A stretch of DNA of 63,811 nucleotides, the filler included, from Dicyema japonicum (Eukaryota > Animalia > Dicyemida): NCBI GenBank assembly GCA_011109175.1. It is 11 parts of 11 records of this genome, joined end to end, with 100 filler letters (N's around TTAATTAATTAA, not from the genome) between each part and the next. Parts side by side here need not be neighbours in the genome. Positions count along the whole stretch, not along the records: positions 1 to 27,616 come from RDEW01000031.1; 10 more parts are not named here. One strand, written 5' to 3'. Below are positions 1-13,603 of the stretch, piece by piece; the first letter of the stretch is position 1, and every line of letters begins with the position of its first letter. The translations under genes were made by a program, and so were the position numbers. The notes under the pieces were generated by a model, which saw only the letters and a program-made list of their open reading frames with translations, did no database searches and was not told the origin of the DNA.

Positions 1-356
1 ACATCCAACCCACCATGAGCCTCCTCTACGAAATCCTTCTTAGATACCTTTAAAACTTGTTAGATATGCGCTCACGACGTGTCCAATGTGAACAGGAACA
101 CTCGACACAGAATTTTTTGATTACTTAGTTAGCTGAACAAATTTTTTCCGTTTAATTAAGAAATCCCGCGGCGATAACTAGTAGTAAGGTCTCATCAAGT
201 CCTGCGGACGAACACAGTCCTTTTGCTCAAAGTGATCTCTCTCGTTTTCTTAAAAACTATCTGAAGTCGCTCATAAAAATAATTCTCTTCTGTAGGAAAC
301 GAAGCATTCCGTTATTATTTTCTGGCCTATATAAACGCATATTACTGCGTTCATAA

Positions 357-1850
357 ATGCTACATTTTGGTAAGGCAGAATATTAACCAGTAAGAAATTT
401 CCAAAGGAAATTTATTCACGGCACTCACTGGATTCATGTGTATTTTAATAACGGAGAGTCAAAGACACTGCTTCAGCATAACGTTGGCCTTTATTTCAAC
501 TGTTGATCCAATAAATCCTCACAGGGTATTAAATCTGGTCATTTTGAATAGAGAGATATTATTTTTTCAAATGTGGAGAGGGGATCTGTTTTGATGGCTT
601 TCTATTTAGGACACAGCCTCACTCAAGTAATCGGTCTTTATCTGTCTTATATATACGGACCAAAATTCATGATTCTAATAATGACCATACAGTCCACGTT
701 GATTTTTATCATACTTCCATCAGCCTTGAAAGGGTCCAACTATGCAGTTGAATTCGCTAGATTCCTTATGGGAGTTGTTCAGGTTCAATAATGTCTAAAA
801 AGCAAATAGGGGGAAATTTTGTCTTCTCTGTATTTGTTTATTCAAAATTGGACTCCACCAGATAAAAAAAACAAAATAATAAAATTGACATCGTCAGGTT
901 TTCTGTCGGTTAATGGTTAGGCTCATATTTTGGAATATTTCTTAGCTAATTATAGTGGCATCCAATTCATATAAAAATGGACTATGGAACAGCCGTTTTA
1001 CATTTTTGTCTTTTTTATCAGCATCCTAGGTGGCATTGAGGTGCTCTGCTGTGTCTTACTCATGATATTTATAACTGATTTTCCCGTAGACAACACGTGG
1101 ATCTTACTGAATGAGAAGGAGCATTTGAATAGAGAAGTGAAGGAATTAAAAGATTACAGTGTATGAACAATCTAAGCTACCTTTAGTTACTGGATATACC
1201 AATCAAGAAAAATTTGACTTCAGCGCCAATTTTGGCAGTGGCCGGTGTTCAAATCTGTGGAAATTTAAGTTTGGTGCTGATATGCACATATATTCCATTC
1301 ATGATTGATGGTCTTTACCACAACACACAAAAATGTTGATTATGTCGTTATTTCAGCAAATTCTGTTTTCCTTCTTGCCCATCTTTATATGTTTGGGGGA
1401 TTTCGTTGGAACTCCTTTTTGCGATTTACTCGTAAAAAAGAAAATCTTGACGAAGCTGAAAGCTGTCAAATTTTCGCCATAATCGGTTGAGATCAATGTT
1501 CTCAAGTAGGTCTCATACCTTCTGGATTGTTCTTACTTTTCGCTTCTATCACATCAAACTCAATTTTTGGGGGATTCTTAATTCTAATAGCTTGTTTTTG
1601 TGTTGGAATCTGTAGTTCAATAACATTCTCAAACATTGAAGATATTGACAGGAATCACAGTGAGTACATTACGGGAGTTGTGAACAGCTTTGGATCACTT
1701 TTTTTATATATGTCACTTCAGTGATAGTCACACCCATAGTAATTTGAATTTGAGTGTTTTAGAGGACTGGAATTCAATGGTTATACACATTCGTGCTTCT
1801 GGTTAGCATACAATTTATTTGCGGGGTGATCTTCGTTATCTTTGCTAGAT
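357..1850 (+). pseudogene. SLC17-like (sialin/VGLUT family) MFS anion transporter, multi-exon, apparently disrupted; ends approximate
   Basis: Spliced translation gives family-like segments (RGSVLMAFYLGHSLTQ, ARFLMGVVQG, NWTPP, EQPFYIFG, DIDRNHSEYITGVVNSFG) separated by 21-27 nt GT-AG introns. In-frame stops at 947-949 and 972-974 with a frameshift between them, and further stops after 1722. Confidence 0.6.
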
Positions 1851-2071
1851 GCTCACCGATAACCATCCAAAGACCATCACCCACTTACAAACCAATTTTA
1901 ATTCAATCATAAATTAATATTAAAATTATTCATTTATTTATTTTAAATATTATAAACGAGCTTTCCATGTCACGTGTGACCTTTTTGAATTTGTTTATTA
2001 ACGCACCATCTCACGTGATAAGAATTTTGGCATATCTCATAAATAAACAAAATTGTTTCAAGACCACGGAT

Positions 2072-2340
2072 AAAACTAAACTAACTAATTCCTTGATCCT
2101 GACGCGTTCCAGCAAGACCTTCCCTCAAGAACAGTGATCCAGAGGGCGTCGTCCGTGGAGTTGAGGTCGATTTCAGAACTCTTTGACAGGGAACGAAATT
2201 GTCCCCCATAAATGAATAGTTGGATCCTTTTGAATGCCGACCAGGCATTGGTCTTCTTTTTATAAGCTGGATTCAATGACGCCATCAGAGGTAAGAAAGG
2301 ATATTTTCTAATTAAGTGATCCCATTTTCTCATGCTTTGC
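2072..2340 (-). mobile_element. 3' end of a LINE (RTE/L2-like) with (TTAG)n-like tail
   Basis: Minus-strand C-terminal ORF remnant ending LEGRSCWNASGSRN, then GAATTAGTTAGTTTAG. A homologous segment lies at 21175-21360. Confidence 0.45.
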
Positions 2341-2649
2341 TGAGATTACGGTTAGAATTTAGATTTTCAATACTAGAGATTTTCTTTGGCTCATGACACA
2401 GATTAAACTAGAGGTTTTTCATTTTTTTGTAAAAGCTAACAAAATATAACCATCGATCCACTTTATCGATTTCAAGAGAACTACAATGCTGCATTCTCAT
2501 GTCGTTCGTTATAGAGGATGTAAGGTCTTCTGGTAGATTTATTTAATATCCCATCTCTTGAGAGACAGATTTTTGTGCCTGAGATTAATGATAATCTATT
2601 ATGACTAAAATGAGAACAATTAAATAAAATAAGTGTCCGAGGTTTTTTG

Positions 2650-4800
2650 TTTTGGTGTACCTGACCTAGCTGTAAAACTAGGTTTTCTTACAACAACCAC
2701 ATTTACTTTTTTCCTAATGGCTGTTGATTTCAAGTTTTAAAGAGTTGAGACCTCCTCCATATACTAAAGGCTTCTAGTCACCTAATGACATCTTAGATTA
2801 AATCAACATGCGTCACTTAGTGATATTGTCTACATACAGTTATTATCACTTGATATAGTCGATTAGCTTGGCTGAGGATAGACTAACTCGACTCTTGTGA
2901 TTCGGTGGTAGAGGCTTTGTCACCACACTCAGCACCCATTACTTGGATTAGTTTGTTCCAGTCTTTTCTTTATGGTCAATTTAACTTCCNGAGAGTTGAG
3001 ACCTCCTCCATATACTAAAGGCTTCTAGTCACCTAATGACATCATAGACTAAATCAACATGCGTCACTTAGTGATATTGTCTACATACAGTTATTATCAC
3101 TTGATATAGTCGATTAGCTTGGCTGAGGATAGACTAACTCGACTCTTGTGATTCGGTGGTAGAGACTTTGTCACAACACTCAGCACCCATTACTTGGATT
3201 AGTTTGTTCCAGTTTTTTCTTTAAGGTCAATTTAACTTCCTTCAGATCATATATTACTTATGAGGTACTTTTAAGTTTTTAATGCCCATTTTCCATGTGG
3301 TGATACTTCAGTAAGGCCTGGTATAACTTTATCTACTCTAAGAATTAGTTGGGAGTTGTATATCTTTTCTCTTTGGCTAAATCTTGTTGGCTGGTTTCAT
3401 TAACAGATTTGTCGACAAATGACCTGAGTTTTGAGACATTCTCCGCCAATTAATTCGTCAAAAACTCGTCCTCACTTAGGAGTCTGTAACTGACGGAAAT
3501 CATGACATCTTCCGGCCATTCTTGGACCCTCAACTTATTCCCGAGTGGAGAAGAGCACAGTATAGTCTATTTCACTAATTCCACGTGCTCAACTTTAAGA
3601 TTCTTTTAACCATCCTAACGATCTTGTTCCAGCAGTTTTTTCTTGTGTCCATAATTACTGTTAATTTGCATTCATTGCGGACTCCAAAGATGGCTGTCTC
3701 GTATTCATCGTTTGTAAAGAGATCTGGAATCTTTCAAGTCGACAGTAGATTGTTAATCAAAACCAGGAACTGTTCTTCTATGATCTAAGAGTCTAGTTTA
3801 TTTGTCTACCTGAGCAGCAGTCAGTAAAAAATTGTGGGGTCGTTTTTAATACTACATCTCTGGTAAAGCTGAACAGACATAGTTTAAGTTGGCTATCTAC
3901 CTCTGCCATGTTAATGTGGTCATCAAAGTAAATAAGTCTCTTAAACCCAGGAGGTTTATATTTCCATCCAGCCTTCTTTTCCAGGGGCTTTTCCGAAGTA
4001 GTGTGAAATTTGAACAGAACATTTGCCACGAAAAAGTCGCCAGAGAGTTCTCTCAGTTTATCCCGCAAACAACTCTCTTCCCGGTCCCGGCAGCTTCAAT
4101 ATCGAATCTTCATCAATTCGTTGAGGAACCTCAGAATTCTAACTGTTTTCTGCATTTGAACCTGAAGAGTTGGGTCAGAATCAAATTCAAAGTTTGGAAT
4201 AAACTTACTCCAAGGCTCATATTTTCTGGTCTTATTGTCAATGAAGTAGTCGAACAGAATTCCTGTCGTTAGGAACTTAAATTTCTTGGACTACCACTTT
4301 GAAAATTCGACTCGGTAGTCAGTAAGCTATTCACATATATCTCAGTCATGCTTGATCCTGGAACAGATAACTTCAAAACGCCCAGACGCAAGAAAACAGA
4401 GTATATCTCGTAGAGTTCTTTTGAACAGTCCAGGGTGGTGTTCTCGGGGGTCAGCATAATTTCCAGTAAGCTGCAAAGCATTTAAAGGATCAATTTGAAG
4501 TTGAACCTGGACGGGTGCAATATCCGAGATTGTGGTTATCTTTTTGAATCGGGTCCTCAGTGTTTCCAAATAATTTGGGACCAATTTGATAACAGAGTTG
4601 CCTTTTCAAACTGCACCTCTCTAGCCTCGGTCAAACTGTTCACATTAGGAGACCACCCCACGTCACCGGGGTTAATAAAATGAATTTCAGCTCTTGAGAC
4701 AGTCTGGGGGTTGTGGTTAAAAATTTCAAAAATCATTCGCATTGAAAGTTTTAATGAAATTTTCTCATTGCTGGGAAAAGATAACACCTAAAATATGGTC
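2650..4800 (-). mobile_element. Highly decayed Gypsy-like pol remnant (RT, RNase H connection, integrase zinc-finger region)
   Basis: Fragmentary minus-strand matches to Gypsy pol order ([35 protein letters not shown]), with many stops and frameshifts. Confidence 0.4.
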
Positions 4801-4959
4801 AATGATCACTTTGTTATGATCCATTACAATATTCAGGGATTCGATTCACATTGGATCAATACCACAATCAAGGATAATCCACTTTCGTCGTTTCTTCTTG
4901 AATTTGATAAATTTTAAGACTAAATTTAATTAATGACAAAATAGAATAAACGAATGGTC

Positions 4960-5090
4960 AAACAACGGCCACCCTGACTGGGTGACTATTCCCTCTCAAG
5001 ATGGTCAGCGAGATTTGCTCAAATAACCAGCTGAACTCACGGGGATCTCCTGTTCGTGCAGAAATCCGATTTTTCAGATTCTAGGAAAGA
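4960..5090 (-). mobile_element. CRE-like non-LTR retrotransposon 3' fragment
   Basis: Translates TGDPREFSWLFEQISLTILRGNSHPV, homologous to the C-terminus of the 13.6-16.5 kb element. Confidence 0.75.
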
Positions 5091-6149
5091 ATCGTAATAA
5101 TTTGAGTATCTGTGTCATAGGTAAGACTTCATCTTCTTTATACTGTAATAATCTATATAAACGTTCATCCGATATTTATGAAGGATAATCCACTCAGTTA
5201 AAAATCTTGAATGGAGCATGTTTGGTGGTCTCGTGATTGGTAATATTGTGACTGAATACAATATCTCCCAGACTGGATAGATATTTTTCCAGAGTTCCTT
5301 TAGTAGAAGAAACGGATGATAACCACATCGCTGAAATAAATTATTCCCTAATCCTATTTAATTGAATTACTAGACTATATTGTCTTCGAAAACCTGCAAT
5401 AGGGCAAGTCTCCAAATGCGCTGTTTACTCTTTCTTGAAAGCGACGCATCAAGATATCCATTTTCTATATATTCGATTATCTGACGCAACTCATCCATGC
5501 TCAACTATAAGCTTAAAATCATATGAAGAAATAAAATAATTTTTTTTATATTTAAATATTAATAAAGTTTTTTTGTTAATTATCAATAATAAAATATCAT
5601 TAAAATGACACTCTATTCATATTGACTGGTTTTTTGTTACTTTATATTTTGAAAATATTAACGATTTCAAGTAATAATTAAACCATTCAACTCAGAATAA
5701 TCTAAATTATCCAAAGAACTAATTTTTATTTTGATTGGTTCTAGTTGAGTTCCACGTAAGGCGGAGTTTAACGTAGGGACGGTGAAATTACTAGTTAATT
5801 ATAGCATTTTAATAAAATTACTAAAGGTACCCAGTATATTTGATCACGAATAATACCAGATCGTTTCCGAATATTTATTCTACTTGTTCTCTTCTAACAA
5901 GACCACTTTGCTGCTTTAAGGCAAACCATAGAATGCCCTTTTTACAATATTTTTCCTGGGGAAAAATTTAATAGTATCTTTTATTTGAGGAAGAAAAGAT
6001 TAATTTTTCCACATTAATAATACTCACGACAAAGTATTTTCGTAGATTAAAAATTAAAAAAATTTAAAATTATTCGTAAGCGAATAAAAATTGATTTTAA
6101 CTAAAAATTTATTTTTTAATGGAAAACAATTTATTGCGACACAAAACAA

Positions 6150-6330
6150 TCAAAATAATCCAGCTGAAAGAATAGAATGACTGTTTCTCATGACAACTGC
6201 CAGAGATATCCTTTGGAACATCCATTCGATTTCCCGACGCTCGTGTCTGACTTTCGAACTCATGACCCAAGGGATCTTAGAAAAAAGACCGTCTTGGGAC
6301 CAAAGACTTCACTTGTCCCGACAACAATGG
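6150..6330 (-). mobile_element. CRE-like 3' fragment
   Basis: Translates RREIEWMFQRISLAVVMRNSHSILSAGLF*. Close to the copies at 33705 and 38480. Confidence 0.7.
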
Positions 6331-6680
6331 GCCCACTAAAAAATTATCATGTATTGATTTTGTTGGAAGAAAGTGGCGATCATCAACTAAATAAAAACCA
6401 AAATTATTAATTAATTTTAACGTTATTATGGGTAAGGATAAAATATTGTTAAGGGTGAAAATACTTTCATAAGGGCGATACGAAAAAAAATGTTAAGNCC
6501 CACTAAAAAATTATCATGTATTGATTTTGTTGGAAGAAAGTGGCGATCATCAACTAAATAAAAACCAAAATTATTAATTAATTTTAACGTTATTATGGAT
6601 AAGGATAAAATATTGTTAAGGGTGAAAATATTTTCATAAGGGCGATACGAAAAAAAATGTTTAGGATTATCGCCCTAGAC

Positions 6681-7340
6681 CAGGGGTCGGCTACCTTCTA
6701 AGCCAAAAAGCCAATTTTTGGTTTTTTTGGTAATTAAAAAAATTGAAGAGCAACCTTTTAAAATAATAAAAATAACAAAATTATATTTAATCAAATTAAT
6801 AATATAATTGACCCTGCATTTCCTTCGCCAATAGTGTTATGTCTGGCCTGTGACTTGTCAGTTTGAACTTAGATATCTTACTAGTTCTATTCGCAATTGT
6901 TTTTGCAGATAACTGTGTATTTTTAATTTGATTTAAAATCTTTTTTATTCGTACAATTTTGGAATAATTGTTGTGACTATTTTAGAAAACAAGATTTGAT
7001 GTATTGACCATCCGCGAATAATTTTCCGCATTTTGCAATCTCATGACTGACGGTGAAGCTTCTAATATCATTAGTCCTGGCAGACTGTTTCCAATAATTA
7101 AATGTTGAACTTTCAATTTTAATATTGGATATTTCCTTTAAAATTCACCGTGCTTTGAATTAGTGTCTATTCAGATTTGACTTTTTGTTCTGGTTGAATG
7201 TTTCGTGGCAAAAAAGACAATTTGGAAGGTGATCTGATATGATGGCAAAAATCTCAGTCTATTGAAGTCTAAAAAGACGTTTTCTATCCGTTTTTTACTA
7301 ATTTTCTTATTTATAGACATAATTGAAGAGTCAAACAGAA
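6681..7340 (-). mobile_element. hAT (SPIN/GTF2IRD2-like) DNA transposon remnant
   Basis: Terminus CAGGGGTCGGCTACCT at 6681 preceded by the 8-mer CCCTAGAC. Minus-strand BED-like remnant CLFCHETFNQNKKSNLNRH. Confidence 0.55.
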
Positions 7341-7469
7341 TTTATGATTAAACGAGTAAGATTTTTAAAATAAAAATATGCAAAAATTGTTATAATTTTA
7401 ATAAATAAAAAACATTTTGGAAGAAGAACACTATCTTGAGAATGTTTTTAGTGGGATGTAAGTATTCAA

Positions 7470-7880
7470 TTTCAATAAGAGTCACATAAAAAACTCAAGC
7501 CACAGTTGCCGACTCCTGCCCTAGACGACTCAAGAATTCCAGTGTTGCAGGCTAGAGAACCAGACGTTTCAACGGCGAATGGACAAATAAAAAAATCCTT
7601 GGGTAGGACCGCGTATATTTCCCGTTTCAATCTCTCGGCCTTCTCAACGGCAGAACAGGCTCTGGATAGGTTGCAAAATGAAGACGTCACAGACAAGAGG
7701 TTTCCTGGCTTCAAAGGGGAAGATGGTCATCCCATCTGGTCGTTATCCGTCACGGCTGCAAAGATCGACTGGTTCGAGCATGGAAGGGTGTCCAGCGGCG
7801 TCCAAAGCTCACGTAACGACTTCGTTCAAAGTCACATATCTAGCAGATCTGCCTACACTTTTCCTGCAGGAGAGGGGTGT
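7470..7880 (-). mobile_element. CRE-like endonuclease-domain fragment
   Basis: ALDAAGHPSMLEPVDL..DG*RPDGMTIFPFEARKPLVCDV and FAVETSG motifs, with stops and frameshifts. Confidence 0.8.
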
Positions 7881-8605
7881 AGGCCAAAACACATATATAC
7901 TTAGACTGTCGACAAGTCGTACATATATCCATGCATTTCATACACATACGCCTAGGGTCCATTTGGCATATTTTGTGGAAACTAAAGCTAACCAGAAAAG
8001 GGAATTCAGAGTTTAAGGAAGATTGACTTCTAGGAAGGTTTTCTCTCCAGTGTTTCTGGAATCTCTAATCCGTAAGAACCGAGGAGCGTTCCTGTTCAAC
8101 TACGAGGATCCGGTTATACCTCCGTAACGTGCTTGTGTATGCTCAGTTCCATATCTCTCCTACTATACTAAGGTGGTGCTATGGGATCGATCCACCTGTC
8201 TTAGATGATGCCCATTCGATTGAAGAGATTCCTTGATGTTTAACGCCCTTTTTGCAGATTCTAGATGGATTTGTGTTTAATATTGGAAGATGTCTGCTTC
8301 TGCGACCACAGAAACTGGATTCTCGTATAAATATCACAATTTTCTGTAAAAACGATTAATTCTAGGAAAGTTATGGATATATTATTTTTTAACTCCCTTT
8401 TTGCAGATTCTAGATGGATTTGTGTTTAATATTGGAAGATGTCTGCTTCTGCGACCATGGAAACTGGATTTTCGTATAAATATCACAATTTTCTGTAAAA
8501 ACGATTAATTCTAGGAAAGTTATGGATATATTATTTAATAGACACATTCTCGGTTCGGCCTATATAAAGCAAATTATGTTGGTTTTATTATCCGAGCTGA
8601 AAAAA

Positions 8606-9986
8606 ATGTGTTTGTTAAGGAAATTTTCGAAAAAGGGTAAATTAATTCGTTTCAAACAGTCTCTTCTGTGAGAAACGGAATAATCTACAAAGAGGACACA
8701 CATCTGATTCAAATGGTAGATAAATATAGTGCTCACAATTATGCTCCACAACGAGTAGTAATTAAGGAGGGAAAAGGTCCTCTCCAATTTATCACTGCCT
8801 TCGGTTGGTGAAGGCGATAACTGAGCAAGCAAATACTCTCACTCTCACATCTCGTGCCTTTCATAACAACATTTATTCAGAATATTCGGAATACATAACC
8901 AACCTGTTTGGTTACAACAAGGTTTTGCCTATGAATTCAGGTATTTGACCCAAATCATTATCCAGGAAGTGAGGGAGGAGAAACCGCTTGCAAATTGGCT
9001 AAAAAATGGGGATATCAAATCAAAAAAAATACCGAAGGATAAAGCCAAAATAATTTTCACTTTAAATAATTTTTGGGGGAGGACCTTAGCAGCTTTGTCT
9101 TCATCTAACGATCCTGTGTGCTATGAAGAGTTCGGTCCTTATATACCTGGAAATGTTATGATCCCCTACGACGACTTAGAAAGCTTAGAAGTACTCGGGG
9201 ACATTTTAATTTGTAGAGAGCTTGCAGAGATCCATATGTGTGCGCATTTATGGTTGAGCCTATTCAAGGAGAAGCTGGAATCGTGACTCCCCGAGAAGGG
9301 TATCTCAAAGGAGTACGGGAAATAACGAAAAGGAACAACGTCTTATTTATCGCAGACGAAGTCCAAACTGGACTTGGGAGAACTGGCAAGTAATTTGAAT
9401 TTGACAAAATTTTGGCGAATCTGCGTTGACCATGAGAAAGTGAGACCAGATATTCTCATTTTGGGGAAATCCCTGGCTGGTGATTTTTACCAGTAATTTC
9501 CTCGTCTATAACCTTCAAATAGGTATCGTGTGTTCTAGCCGATGACGAAATAATGCTGACCTTGAAACCCGGGACTCATGGATTTACATTTGGGGGGAAT
9601 CCTTTAGCATGTAAAGTTTCCTTAGAAGCTTTGAAGGTAGATGTGATCACTATTTTTGTTAGGTCATCGAAGAAGAAAACCTCGCTGAGAAAGCTGAATA
9701 CCTCGGACAAATATTTAGACGGGAAATGAACAAGATCGACCAAAATATATAAAAACTGTCCGTGGTAAAGGTCTTCTTAATGGAATCGTGATCGATGAAA
9801 GTCGAAATGTCCGCTTAATTCATAGAATACAACGCAGATGAAATTTGCAGGATATTAATGATGAATGGAATTCTCACAAAAACGTCCCACGTGGATAAAA
9901 TTAGATTTACACCGGCATTGACTATTACAGAGGAGCAATTATATGAAGCGATTTTAATCATCAAAGAAAGGATAGAAAGCATTTAA
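8606..9986 (+). pseudogene. OAT: Ornithine aminotransferase, 7 introns of 23-30 nt, disrupted
   Basis: Motifs [61 protein letters not shown]. Disrupted by an internal deletion near 8780, three 1-nt frameshifts (9022-9029, 9490-9492, 9740) and a TG acceptor at 9413-9414. Confidence 0.85.
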
Positions 9987-10465
9987 AGACGTTAAACTAA
10001 TTTTAATTTAGAAAGTTAACACTAAATTTTATTAAATTATAAAATTTTATTTAAATAAAATAATTGTTAAAAAAAATAAAATAAATAACATTAAATAACA
10101 CCAAAAAGTCAAATTTATTAAGTGATCCCAGTATCTAGAAAATATTGTCCACAATAATAGGATACTAGGCCTTCTTGACAAAAAGCAACGTCTGATGATA
10201 TCGTATCTTACTGCCTAATCGGATAGAATCTTTAACAAAAATCAATTCTCGTAAATTGGAGTCCTTCTGGCACGACACAGTTGTTGAAAGGGACCGTCCT
10301 ACCTTCTCCCTGACCAACTCCACTGGTGAAGGTTACCATTATGAAAATTCTTATGCCTAAAAATGAAGTGATGTCCACGAAGTAGGACGTGTGATGAAAA
10401 TGGAAGAGGACGGACCAACTTGCTACCTCTCTCTGAAGATAAGGCCTGTAATAAACTATTTAGAG

Positions 10466-12715
10466 CAGGGGTTCTCAACCTGGGGTCGATTCGACCCTCA
10501 GGGGTCTAAAATCAATCCAGATCGATCGTAAGGGGGTCGAAAATGAAATATTTGGGGGTCGAAAATAAATTTAATATATTTAATCTTTTTCAATTTAAAT
10601 TAAGTTAGTTTATTTTTAAAGTGGTAAACCTTTGTTCTTTAAAATTTTTAAAATTACCATGCTTGTTTTTGTTTGTGTATGAGTCGTCCTTCTACATTAA
10701 AAATTCGTCAATATAAAAATGAATATTTGGCATTTGGATTTATAAAAAAATTCTTTTGATGATAGATCATATTGCCTAATGTGTAACAAGTCATTATCAA
10801 ATGATGCAATGAAACCGTCCAAATTGTTGGATCATCTTAGGAGAAAACATTCGATAAAAAAGATAAACCATTAGAGTATTTTGAAGAATTAAAGGATTCT
10901 TTTCGTAAACAAAAAACGATTGACACTGTTTTTACAAATAGTAGTGAAAGAAACAATAGTCGTTGTTATTTTAAATTATTTTTAGGAAGACTAATTGCAT
11001 CCTATAAAATTGCAATGATTATTGCCAAAAATGAGAGTTCCCATGTTTCTGGTGAAAATCTTATCAAACCATCTATATCAGTGATTCTATCAGATCTGAT
11101 GGGTTTAAATCCAGACGAAATTTTAAAATCCTTTGACAATTAGCAATGATTCAATTCGCCGCAGGATTGACGAAATGTCAGTTAATGTTGGACATATTTT
11201 ATTTGAAAAGCTTAAAATACTATTTTTTTCACCTTAAATCGACGAAAGTCATAAATGTGACAACCAATCAATTATAATTGGATATGTCAGGTTAATCTTA
11301 CTAGATGCTTACCCTTTAAGATATTTTGACGATCATGCTTTTCCTGTTGAAGCTTTATTACTCGTCAAATATTTGGAACTGATATGACTGGATTTTCTAT
11401 TTTTTCCGTAGTCAAATTATTTTTGGATGACAAGAAGATTCCATATGAAAATTTGGTTTCTTGTGCCACAGATGGTGCAATGTATATGTTTGGAAAATAT
11501 AAAGGATTTGCGGCATATTTGAAAAAAANNNNNNNNNNNNNNNNNNNNNNNNNNNNNNNNNNNNNNNNNNNNNNNNNNNNNNNNNNNNNNNNNNNNNNNN
11601 NNNNNNNNNNNNNNNNNNNNNNNNNNNNNNNNNNNNNNNNNNNNNNNNNNNNNNNNNNNNNNNNNNNNNNNNNNNNNNNNNNNNNNNNNNNNNNNNNNNN
11701 NNNNNNNNNNNNNNNNNNNNNNNNNNNNNNNNNNNNNNNNNNNNNNNNNNNNNNNNNNNNNNNNNNNNNNNNNNNNNNNNNNNNNNNNNNNNNNNNNNNN
11801 NNNNNNNNNNNNNNNNNNNNNNNNNNNNNNNNNNNNNNNNNNNNNNNNNNNNNNNNNNNNNNNNNNNNNNNNNNNNNNNNNNNNNNNNNNNNNNNNNNNN
11901 NNNNNNNNNNNNNNNNNNNNNNNNNNNNNNNNNNNNNNNNNNNNNNNNNNNNNNNNNNNNNNNNNNNNNNNNNNNNNNNNNNNNNNNNNNNNNNNNNNNN
12001 NNNNNNNNNNNNNNNNNNNNNNNNNNNNNNNNNNNNNNNNNNNNNNNNNNNNNNNNNNNNNNNNNNNNNNNNNNNNNNNNNNNNNNNNNNNNNNNNNNNN
12101 NNNNNNNNNNNNNNNNNNNNNNNNNNNNNNNNNNNNNNNNNNNNNNNNNNNNNNNNNNNNNNNNNNNNNNNNNNNNNNNNNNNNNNNNNNNNNNNNNNNN
12201 NNNTTAGGAGGACTAATTGCATCCTATAAAATTGCAATGATTATTGCCAAAAATGAGAGTTCCCATGATTTTGGTGAAAATCTCATCAAACCATCTATAT
12301 CAGTGATTCTATCAGATCTGATGGGTTTAAATCCCGACGAAATTTTAAAATCCGTGCCAATTAGCAATGATTCAATTCGCAAAAATGAGAGTTCCCATGA
12401 TTTTGGTGAAAATCTCATCAAACCATCTATATCAGTGATTCTATCAGATCTGATGGGTTTAAATCCCGACGAAATTTTAAAATCCGTGCCAATTAGCAAT
12501 GATTCAATTCGCCGCAGGATTGACGAAATGTCAGATAATGTTGAACATATTTTATGTGAAAGGCTTCAAAAGCTCTTTCACCAATTCTACATGAAACGTT
12601 AAATATAGTTATTAAAACCATAAACAAAATTAAAGCAAGTATGAACGTCTTTTTAGAAAATTTTGCTATGAGGCTAAAGAAACATATGTCCGTCTTGTGC
12701 TTTACACTGAGGTTA
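10466..12715 (+). mobile_element. hAT Buster/Charlie (ZBED5/8-like) transposon, decayed and spanning an N gap
   Basis: Terminus CAGGGGTTCTCAACCT preceded by ATTTAGAG. BED finger CLMCNKSLSNDAMKPSKLLDHLRRKH, plus VPISNDSIRRRIDEMS, SCATDGA and LYTEV motifs. Confidence 0.8.
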
Positions 12716-13603
12716 TAGTTTCCACTTTTATTTTATAGGTATTATCAAAAAGAAATGCATTAGAACGATTTTCAATATTATTTGACACAATCGTAAATTT
12801 TCTNTCCGTCTTGTGCTTTACACGAGATATACTGACTTTGTGATTTAAGGTTTCAATTATTTGCCACGAACATTCAGTTGTTGGTAACTTTGATGGATTT
12901 TTTATTACGTGGATATTATTAGTTCCAACCTTGTCATGATTGTCGGAGATTTGGAATCTCAACATCCTAATATAATTGAGCCCTAGATTATTTAATTATT
13001 AGTAGGTCGGAGTATAAAGAGATCAAAGTGAGGAGAACTTCAGTTTTGGTTATCTCACGGCTTGTTTTAAACGAGATTGTTAAGACCAAGGAATCAGTGG
13101 GTGCAATGACCACGTATGTTGTTGACTCTGACGACAAGATTGTTAGAGATTTGAATTATCCTTAAGGTTACCGTAGGGAAATATCTTATAATTATAAACC
13201 ATCGAATGGATGCTAATCAAAATAGCTGACTTCGGTTAGATTATGACGTCATTTTTTACTCATTACGTTTAGTTTTCTTTTTTCCCTGATCACTAAGAAC
13301 GTACAAAGCTAGAACTTAGTAGAAAGTTATGCTATCGTTTCAGAACTGCGGCGTTCCTTAGTTTATAACTGCAGTGAGGCTGACCAGGACCAAAACTGGT
13401 CATGTGTGTTTCATAGTAGATTTTTACTCAGCGTTGAAGGATAATATTCAATGTTTGTAATCATTTTAAGGACTCTGAACTTTACAATTACTTTTGTATT
13501 GTCCCAAAGTCGATCAAAAGTCCAAGATAATTTGTTGTCTATATGAAGGAATTTATTAAAAATATTTTTTTTAATAATTTCCAAATTATTTAAACAATAG
13601 AAG

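Noticed and set aside
1966-2020. CLEAR/E-box palindromes (GTCACGTG, TCACGTGA) next to a lysosomal-type transporter
   Set aside because: They lie downstream of a disrupted gene, and short motifs like these are expected by chance.
11365-12237. Long ORFs of 281-290 aa
   Set aside because: They consist almost entirely of N-gap translation.
13130-13240. Kinase fragment (RDL...IKIADFG)
   Set aside because: Only a short motif amid stops; no coherent exon chain could be built.
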